64,000 nucleotides of DNA from Sandaracinaceae bacterium (GTDB lineage Bacteria > Myxococcota_A > Polyangia > Polyangiales > Sandaracinaceae): contig JBGAQA010000005.1 of the NCBI GenBank assembly GCA_044220955.1, forward strand, positions 73,052 to 137,051, read 5' to 3'. A model generated the notes under the pieces. That model made no database searches and was not told the DNA's origin. It saw only the letters and a program-made list of their open reading frames with translations. Shown here piece by piece: positions 57,484 to 64,000 of this stretch. The first letter of the stretch is position 1, and each line of letters opens with the position of its first letter. The translations under genes were made by a program, and so were the position numbers.

Positions 57484-58464
57484 TCAGCTCTCTTCGACGT
57501 CGCCGACGTCGAGCTGCTCGGTCGGCTCGATGCGCGGCGGCAGCTCGCCAGGGGCGTCCATCGTCTGGGTCACGGCGCGAGCGAGGATGCGCTCGCCCGA
57601 CGACTCCTCGTCGAGCTGCGACTCGAGCCACACCGCACACTCGGACGCGCTGACGGGACGATCGTCGGCCTTCTTCTCGAGGAAGCTGTGCACGAGCTCG
57701 GCGATCGGCGCCGGCACGTCGGGCCGGAGCTGGGAGAGCGGCGGGACCGGACCCTTGAGCAGACCGAGCAGCTCGGCGATGCCCTTCGACTGGAAGAGCC
57801 GCTCGCCCGTGAGCGCCTCCCAGAGCACCACGCCGACGGACCAGAGATCGCTCTGCGCCGTCGGCGGATTGCCCCGGAGCGCCTCGGGCGCGGAGTAGCC
57901 GAGCTTGCCCTTGAGGATGCCCGGCTGCGTCATGCTCGCGCGGTCCATCGCGCGCGCGACGCCGAAGTCCGAGACGCGCGCGATGCCCGTCACGTCGAGC
58001 AGGACGTTCCCGGGCGAGACGTCGCGGTGATAGACGGGGCAGAGCGCGCCCGTCTCGTCGAGGCGCTCGTGCGCTGCGGCGAGGCCGCGCAGGACGTGCG
58101 CGGCGATCCGCGCGACCAGCCGCCAGGGCGTCGGCCGCTCGTCGGCGTAGTGCCAGTCGACGAAGTGCGCGAGGTCGACGCCGTTCACCCACTGCAGCAC
58201 GAGGTAGTGCTGGCCGGGTCGTACCTCGCCGGTGCCGCGCAGCGCGACGATGTGGCGGTGGCGCAGGGTCGAGAGAGCGCGCGCCTCCTCGAGGAAGAGC
58301 TTCACGAACACGGGGTCGCGCTCGAGCGCCGGGATGAGGCGCTTGATCGCGACGAGCTCGCCGTCCGCGGCGCGGGCCTTCCACACGACGGCCATGCCGC
58401 CTTGCCCCACGATCTTGGAGAGCTCGTAGCCCTCGATGAGGTCACCGACCGCGTCCGGCTTCAC
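57484..58464 (-). CDS. Stand-alone cytoplasmic Ser/Thr protein kinase
   Basis: GQGGMAVVW, VAIK, HRDVSPGN, DFG, GKLGYSAPE, DLWSVG. Confidence 0.9.
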   Translation of the reverse strand: MKPDAVGDLIEGYELSKIVGQGGMAVVWKARAADGELVAIKRLIPALERDPVFVKLFLEEARALSTLRHRHIVALRGTGEVRPGQHYLVLQWVNGVDLAHFVDWHYADERPTPWRLVARIAAHVLRGLAAAHERLDETGALCPVYHRDVSPGNVLLDVTGIARVSDFGVARAMDRASMTQPGILKGKLGYSAPEALRGNPPTAQSDLWSVGVVLWEALTGERLFQSKGIAELLGLLKGPVPPLSQLRPDVPAPIAELVHSFLEKKADDRPVSASECAVWLESQLDEESSGERILARAVTQTMDAPGELPPRIEPTEQLDVGDVEES

Positions 58465-58471
58465 GAGAGAG

Positions 58472-58492
58472 AAGCTACCACCGTGGTAGCGT
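58472..58492. promoter_or_regulatory. Back-to-back extended -10 elements (candidate bidirectional leaderless promoter)
   Basis: TGGTAGCGT on + lies 8 nt before GTG 58501 and TGGTAGCTT on - lies 7 nt before GTG 58464; both sit in the palindrome GCTACCACcGTGGTAGC. Confidence 0.55.
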
Positions 58493-58500
58493 CGCCGGGC

Positions 58501-59319
58501 GTGACTCGTGCGTTCGACCGGCGGCTCGGCGCGGCGTTCCTCGAGACGGTGCCGCGCACGCCGGGCGTCTATCGCTTCCTCGATGCGTCGGCAGCGGTGG
58601 TGTACGTCGGCAAGGCGGTGAACCTGCGCCGTAGGCTCGCGCAGTACAGGAACGCCAAGCGGCTGAAGGCCCACTCGAAGATGCGGGCGATCGTGAAGAG
58701 CGCCGCGTCGGTCAGCTTCGAGGTGTGCGAGAGCGCGGTGCAAGCCGAGCTGCGAGAGACGGAGCTCATCGCGTCGCTCCGGCCGCGCTGGAACGTCGCG
58801 GGCGCGTTCTCGTTCATGTACCCGTCGATCGGCCTGGGCGAGGGCCCGCGCCACGAGGCGCTGCTGGCGTTCTCGACGACGCCGGGCGAGCGCCCGGATC
58901 TGGCGTGGCACGGTGCGTATCGCTCGCGCGAGATCACCGGCGAGGCGTTCTTCGCGCTCGTGCGCCTCTTGGCCATGATCGGGCACAAGGAGAAGACGCG
59001 CCTGCGCGCCCGCGGCGAGCGCACGTGGGCGTTCGCGATCCGGCGACTGCCCCCCGCGTGGCGCGAGGACTGGACGCCCTTTCTGCGCGGCGAGTCGCGC
59101 GCGGCGCTCGGCGCGCTCGTCCTCTCGCTCGTGGACAAGCCGCGCGCGCGACGCGACGCCGCGCAGGTGCAGGCCGACGTCGATGCGCTCGATCGCTTCT
59201 ACCGTCACGAGGCGCTTCGGCTGCGCGAGGCGTGCGCACGCGTGGGCGAGACGCGCTGGCCGGTCCCGCAGGGCGAGCGCGACGCGCTGTTCATCCGAGC
59301 GCGAGCCCTACGGGGGTGA
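58501..59319 (+). CDS. GIY-YIG nuclease (UvrC/Cho N-terminal-like)
   Basis: PGVYRF.D....VVYVGKAVNLRRRL.QY, E..LI..LRPRWN. Confidence 0.85.
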   Translation: MTRAFDRRLGAAFLETVPRTPGVYRFLDASAAVVYVGKAVNLRRRLAQYRNAKRLKAHSKMRAIVKSAASVSFEVCESAVQAELRETELIASLRPRWNVAGAFSFMYPSIGLGEGPRHEALLAFSTTPGERPDLAWHGAYRSREITGEAFFALVRLLAMIGHKEKTRLRARGERTWAFAIRRLPPAWREDWTPFLRGESRAALGALVLSLVDKPRARRDAAQVQADVDALDRFYRHEALRLREACARVGETRWPVPQGERDALFIRARALRG

Positions 59320-60615
59320 GGAGTGGACGACGACGCCGAGGATGCTGCTCGCGACGAACTGCATCGCGCCGGTCCCCGTGTGGTCGGCGAAGAGGGGCCC
59401 GCTCAGCCAGTCGATGCGGTTGTCGAGGCGGATGCAGATGTGCTCGACCGGCAGCACGTCGATCGTGAACGTCCCGGTGACGAGGTCGCGGCCGTTCTGG
59501 ACGGAGATGTCGGGCTGTCCGACGTACTCGACACGCCCGCCGAGGCCGAATTCGGGCAGGATCCGGTAGTTGGCGCCGAGGCTCACGCCCCAGAGCGTCT
59601 GGTACTGTGGCGTGCCTGGGGCGCTCGTCTGCGTCGGGCCGAAGAGCGTCGTCCAGCTGCCGCCCATGTCCTCGGTGCGGTAGTCGCCGTTGAGGACGAG
59701 CCGGAGCGAGTCGAGCTGGACCTGCACGGTGGCGTCGACGAGGTGTCGCATGCGGCCGTCGGCGCCACCGGGGGCAGGCGACTGCTCGGGACCGCCGAGG
59801 TATCCGAAGCTCACCAGGACCGGATCGAAGCTCAGGGTGACGAAGAGCCCGCCCGTCTTGCCGTCGTTGTTGTCGACGAGGTTGTTGTAGCCGTTGACCG
59901 CGAGCCCCGTGATCGAGATCCAGTCGAAGGGCGTCCAGACGGCGCGGAAACCACCGTGATAGAAGGGCTGGACCAGGTTGAAGAGCGCGCCCAGCGTGTA
60001 CGTCACGTTGAGCCAGGTCTCGGCGAGCTCGGCGCCGTAGGGCGTCGTGAACTCGCCGAAGTCGATCTGGAACTGCGTGACCGGACGCCAGCTCACGAAC
60101 GCCTGATGCAGGAACTGCAGGCCCTGCGGCAGGCCGCTGAAGGCGCCGAGCCAGCGCGGCTCCCCGGTGCCGAAGCGAATGCCGAGCGTGGCGCCGATGG
60201 GCTGCGGCGCATACGAGACGTCGAGCGCCATGAGCGAGACGGCCGGTCCCCCCTGGATGTCGTACACGCGCTGCGGCAGCTGCGCGGAGTGGTCGCCCTG
60301 GAAGCCGCCCGGCAGCGTCCAGTGCGAGGCCACGTAAGCATCGACGAACACGCGGATGGAGAGGTCGTCGAACCAGTCGTGCCCCTCCGCGGCGGTGCCT
60401 CCGACCGATCGGTCCTCGGGCTCGGGCTCGGGCTCGGGCTCGGCGATGGCGGCGGCCTCTCGGTCCGTCGGGGGCGCGTCGCTCGACGCCGCGTCGCCCG
60501 GCGGCGCGTCCGCCACGGGCGCGTCGAGCGACGGGGGCGCGCTCTGCGCGGCCGTGAGAGACGGCGTGGACAAGGCGAAACAAATCGAGCACGCGACCAG
60601 CGTCCGGCGACTCAT
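59308..60615 (-). CDS. Outer-membrane beta-barrel protein, putative porin (BBP2/DUF1597-like)
   Basis: Signal peptide, FVDAY, QAFVSW, DFG.F.TPYG.E, PFYH.G.R, NGYN..VDNN.GKT.G, C-terminal strands. Confidence 0.8.
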   Translation of the reverse strand: MSRRTLVACSICFALSTPSLTAAQSAPPSLDAPVADAPPGDAASSDAPPTDREAAAIAEPEPEPEPEDRSVGGTAAEGHDWFDDLSIRVFVDAYVASHWTLPGGFQGDHSAQLPQRVYDIQGGPAVSLMALDVSYAPQPIGATLGIRFGTGEPRWLGAFSGLPQGLQFLHQAFVSWRPVTQFQIDFGEFTTPYGAELAETWLNVTYTLGALFNLVQPFYHGGFRAVWTPFDWISITGLAVNGYNNLVDNNDGKTGGLFVTLSFDPVLVSFGYLGGPEQSPAPGGADGRMRHLVDATVQVQLDSLRLVLNGDYRTEDMGGSWTTLFGPTQTSAPGTPQYQTLWGVSLGANYRILPEFGLGGRVEYVGQPDISVQNGRDLVTGTFTIDVLPVEHICIRLDNRIDWLSGPLFADHTGTGAMQFVASSILGVVVHSSPP

Positions 60616-60814
60616 GGAAGCTCCGATTCCTTCATGGCCTGCGGACCCTATATCGCGAGCCGCGACCAGCGCGGAAATAACGCGAGAAATGGGCGCCTCC
60701 GCCGCGTTTCCGGCCGATGTCGGGCCGGGATCGGCGCGGGCTCCGAGACCGCCACACGCCCACGACGCACCTGGCCTTGCGGTGACGTCCGCGCGCACGA
60801 GAGACTGGCGCGTG

Positions 60815-62470
60815 ATGGCCTCCTTCGACCGGCTCCCTCTGTCCCGAAAGCTCTTGCTGCTCGGGACCGCCTTCCTCGTCGCGTTCGGTGGGTTCGCGCT
60901 CGAGGCCTACCTGACGGTGAGCGAGGTGGGCGTCAATGGACCGGTGTATGCGCGCATCGTCCGCATGAAGGATCTCGTCGCGGACGTCTTGCCTCCGCCC
61001 GAGTACATCATCGAGGCGCACCTGGTCGCGCACCAGGCGGTCTCCACCCAGGATTCCTCGGCCCGACGCGAGCTGATCGGGCGCTTCACCCAGCTCGAGA
61101 GCGACTACGAGGCGCGGCACGCGTTCTGGCTCGAGGAGCTCCCGACGGGTGCCCTGCGCGAGGCGCTCACGGCGCGCGCGTACGCGCCGGCGCACGAGTA
61201 CTTCGAGACGGCGCGCCGCGAGCTGGTCCCCGCCCTCGAGTCGGGCGATCCGTCGCGCGCCCGTCAGGTGCTCGATGGCCGCCTCGAGGCGCTCTACGCG
61301 AGCCATCGCGCCGCCGTCGACGAGTCGGTCCGTCTCGCCAACGAGCAATCCGCGCGCGAAGAGCGAGCCGCCAACGACACGATGCAGCGCGCGCTCTACG
61401 TCCTCTCGGCGCTCGCCGCGCTGGTCGCGCTCGTGCTCCTCGTCGCCGCCCGCATCGTGCAGCGGGCGACGGGAGATCTGCAGGCGCAGATCGCGTCGGT
61501 CACATCCGTCGCGCGACGCGTCGCGGACGGCGACCTCTCCCCGGTGAGCTCCGACCGGACGTCGGCGGCGGACACCGCCGAGCTCGAGGCCGCGATCCGG
61601 ACGATGACCGCGAGCCTCAGCTCGCTCGTCGCGCGCGTGAAGCATGCTTCGCTGACGCTGACCACGACGGCCGCGCAGCTCGCCGGCGCCAGCCGCGATC
61701 AGGACGGGCTCGTCCAGACGCTCTCGAGCTCGACCGCCGAGACGGCGGCGACGACGAAGGAGATCTCGGCGACCAGCCAGGGCCTGCAGAAGACCATGGA
61801 AGAGGTCGCCGGCATGTCGGCGCGCGCCGCGGACGTGGCCGAGAGCGGCCGCGTGGGCCTCGGCCAGATGCGCACGTCGGTCGAATCGCTGGAGAAGGCG
61901 ACCATCAGCGTGTCCGACAAGCTCTCCACGATCCGTGATCGCGCGACCGACATCACCGGCGTCGTCACGACGATGAGCAAGGTCGCGGAGCAGACCAACC
62001 TCTTGAGCGTGAACGCGGCGATCGAGGCCGAGAAGGCCGGCGAGCAGGGCCGAGGGTTCCTCGTCGTCGCGCGCGAGATCCGCCGCTTGGCCGACCAGTC
62101 GGCCGTCGCGAGCCTCGACATCGAGCACATGGTCCGTCAGATGCAGAGCGCGGTCGGCTCGGGCGTCATGGAGATGGATCGCTTCGCCGAGCACGTCCGG
62201 CGCGTTTCCACGACGACGAGCGGCGTGGGAGATCAGCTCGGCGAGGTCATTCGCCAGATGCAGTCGCTCACGACGCGCATCGAGTCGGCGTCGGAGGGCA
62301 TGCAGGCCCAGGCCCTCGGCGCCAAGCAGATCAGCGAAGCGATGGCGATGCTGAAGGACGGCGCCTCGCAGACGGCGGCGGTGGTGGCAGACCTCAAGCG
62401 GGCCTCCGGCGGTCTCGAGCAAGCCGTGGGATCGCTCCGCGAGGACGTCGCCCGCTTCTCGGTCGGCTAG
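60815..62470 (+). CDS. Methyl-accepting chemotaxis protein (WspA-like)
   Basis: Two TM helices, periplasmic DLVADVLPPPEYIIE helical domain, HAMP, QTNLLSVNAAIEAEKAGEQGRGF.VVAREIRRLADQ. Confidence 0.93.
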   Translation: MASFDRLPLSRKLLLLGTAFLVAFGGFALEAYLTVSEVGVNGPVYARIVRMKDLVADVLPPPEYIIEAHLVAHQAVSTQDSSARRELIGRFTQLESDYEARHAFWLEELPTGALREALTARAYAPAHEYFETARRELVPALESGDPSRARQVLDGRLEALYASHRAAVDESVRLANEQSAREERAANDTMQRALYVLSALAALVALVLLVAARIVQRATGDLQAQIASVTSVARRVADGDLSPVSSDRTSAADTAELEAAIRTMTASLSSLVARVKHASLTLTTTAAQLAGASRDQDGLVQTLSSSTAETAATTKEISATSQGLQKTMEEVAGMSARAADVAESGRVGLGQMRTSVESLEKATISVSDKLSTIRDRATDITGVVTTMSKVAEQTNLLSVNAAIEAEKAGEQGRGFLVVAREIRRLADQSAVASLDIEHMVRQMQSAVGSGVMEMDRFAEHVRRVSTTTSGVGDQLGEVIRQMQSLTTRIESASEGMQAQALGAKQISEAMAMLKDGASQTAAVVADLKRASGGLEQAVGSLREDVARFSVG

Positions 62471-62473
62471 CGC

Positions 62474-62932
62474 ATGCTCGCGCTCGTCTTCGAGATCGCG
62501 GGCGAGTCGTACGGCGTTCCGGCCGCGCGGGTCGTGCAGGTCGTGCGGCGGCCAGACCTGCGCGGCGTGCCCGGAGCGCCGGAGTGGATCGCCGGGCTCT
62601 TCGCCTGGGAGGGCGCCTGGGTACCGCTGGTCGATCTGAACCGGCTGATCGCGCGACAGGCGTGCCCGCCCGGAGCCGCGAGCCGCGTCGCGCTCGTGCA
62701 GCACACGCGCGGGCCCGCCACGCGCCTTCTCGGCCTCCTCGCGCCGGGCATGACTCGCGTGACCGATATCGCGACGACGCGCACCGCTCCGGGGCTCCGG
62801 CTCACCGGGCAGGAGTTCCTCGGGCCGATCGCTCAGGAAGAGGAGCTGGGGGTACAGCTCATCGAGATCGATCGCGTGCTGCCGCGCGACATCGACCGGC
62901 TGCTCTTCGCCGAGAGCGAGGAGAGCGCGTGA
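62474..62932 (+). CDS. cheW: CheW-like adaptor (WspB-like)
   Basis: F.I.GE.YG.....V..V, VPGAPEWIAGLF...G..VPLVDL. Confidence 0.88.
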   Translation: MLALVFEIAGESYGVPAARVVQVVRRPDLRGVPGAPEWIAGLFAWEGAWVPLVDLNRLIARQACPPGAASRVALVQHTRGPATRLLGLLAPGMTRVTDIATTRTAPGLRLTGQEFLGPIAQEEELGVQLIEIDRVLPRDIDRLLFAESEESA

Positions 62933-64000
62933 CGAGGGGCGCTTCGGAGCGGGTGCGGATCGAGCGCGAGCTGGGGATCGCGCTCGACGACGTCGACCTC
63001 GCCGCCGTCGAGCGCGCGAAGCTGCGCGGCGTGCCCTGGCACGAGCTGGTCGAGGAGGTGCTCGTCCACGAGACGTGGTTCTTCCGCGACCCTGGGGTGT
63101 TCGACGCGCTCGCGTCGTTCGCGCGGCAGCGCGGCGGACCGCTCCGCGTCCTGAGCGCGCCCTGCTCGACGGGCGAGGAGGCATACTCGTGCGCCATCGC
63201 GCTCCAAGAGGTCGGGCTCGCACGCGACGCCTGCACGATCGTCGGGGTGGACGTGAGCGAGCGGGCGCTCGCGCGTGCCCGTGCCGCCCGCTACGGCCCC
63301 TCGTCGTTCCGCTCGACGCGCACCGGTTGGGAAGACCACGCGCTCTCGGCCCCGGACGAGCGAGGCACGCGCCTCGTGACCGAGACGCTCCGTGAGCGTG
63401 TGCAGTTCCGCTGCGCGAACCTGGTCGAGCCGCGCGCGCTCGAGGACGAGGCGCCTTTCGACGTGGTGCTCTGCCGAAACCTCGTCGTGTACCTGACCCC
63501 GGAGGCGCGTGCGCGCCTCGCTCGCACGCTGGCCCGCAGGCTGGCTCCGGGCGGAGTCCTTTTCCTCGGACACGCCGAGGAGCTCGCCGGCTTCGAGCGC
63601 TGGGGCCCGGCGAGCGGGCTCGCCTTCCGCGCGGCCTCGGCCGTGCTCCGCGCGCTGCCCGAGCCCAAGGCGGCAGCGACGCCCCCCGCCTCGGCTCTGC
63701 CCGTGGTGCCCACACAGGAGCCTCGCGCCCTCGAGACCGCGCGCGCGTTGGCCGATCGCGGCCGGCTCGACGAGGCGCTCGCCCACGCGGAGCGAGCGGT
63801 ACGGGAAGCGCGCGACGTGCGCGCGAGCGCCAGGGCCTACACGCTGCTCGGGAGCATCGAGAGCGCACGCGGCCGGGCGAGCGAGGCCCTTCGCGCATGG
63901 CAGCGCGCGGTCTACCTGGATCCCTCGGACGAGGTGGCGGTCGTCTCGCTCGCGACGGCGCTCCGAACGAGCGGCGAGCTCGTTCGCGCCGACGCGCTCC
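62929..64000 (+). CDS. cheR: CheR methyltransferase with a C-terminal TPR (WspC-like); runs off the window end
   Basis: From GTG 62929: VLVHETWFFRD, LRVLSAPCSTGEEAYS, FDVVLCRNLVVYL, LAPGGVLFLGHAE, then ARALADRGRLDEAL...RAVYLDP. Confidence 0.9.
   Translation, partial: MTRGASERVRIERELGIALDDVDLAAVERAKLRGVPWHELVEEVLVHETWFFRDPGVFDALASFARQRGGPLRVLSAPCSTGEEAYSCAIALQEVGLARDACTIVGVDVSERALARARAARYGPSSFRSTRTGWEDHALSAPDERGTRLVTETLRERVQFRCANLVEPRALEDEAPFDVVLCRNLVVYLTPEARARLARTLARRLAPGGVLFLGHAEELAGFERWGPASGLAFRAASAVLRALPEPKAAATPPASALPVVPTQEPRALETARALADRGRLDEALAHAERAVREARDVRASARAYTLLGSIESARGRASEALRAWQRAVYLDPSDEVAVVSLATALRTSGELVRADAL

Noticed and set aside
58501..59319. GIY-YIG protein as a homing endonuclease or mobile element
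   Set aside because: The motifs are of the UvrC/Cho type, there is no intron or interrupted host gene, and codon usage matches the host.

Overview
A 64 kb, very GC-rich, densely coding chromosomal segment. Its gene content points to a myxobacterium of the Polyangiales/Sandaracinus type; this is an inference from the many Cys-rich lipoproteins with D-A-G linkers, three Hanks-type Ser/Thr kinases, a TPR-PEGA protein and an ECF sigma/TPR anti-sigma pair. Housekeeping genes recognised by motif are udk, upp, xth, a long bifunctional Rel enzyme, lnt, a 2-oxoacid dehydrogenase E1 alpha/beta pair, tRNA-Ala(CGC), a PilT-family ATPase and the start of a Wsp-like chemosensory operon. I saw no CRISPR array, integrase or transposase. 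The most interesting candidates are: (1) a YqiJ-like/flotillin operon with a translationally coupled KcsA-like mini channel whose filter is altered to SVGYHD; (2) an outer-membrane protein/ECF sigma/TPR anti-sigma module divergent from a Kazal-repeat lipoprotein; (3) a coupled lipoprotein/RCC1/TPR-PEGA/kinase-PEGA operon; (4) rel bracketed by two toxin-antitoxin pairs; (5) a PilT with a duplicated N-terminal domain; (6) recurrent TANNNT boxes 6-10 nt before start codons, suggesting leaderless transcription. All calls come from reading motifs by eye; no searches were run. Start codons were re-chosen by hand because most long ORFs in the track are over-extended or antisense shadows.
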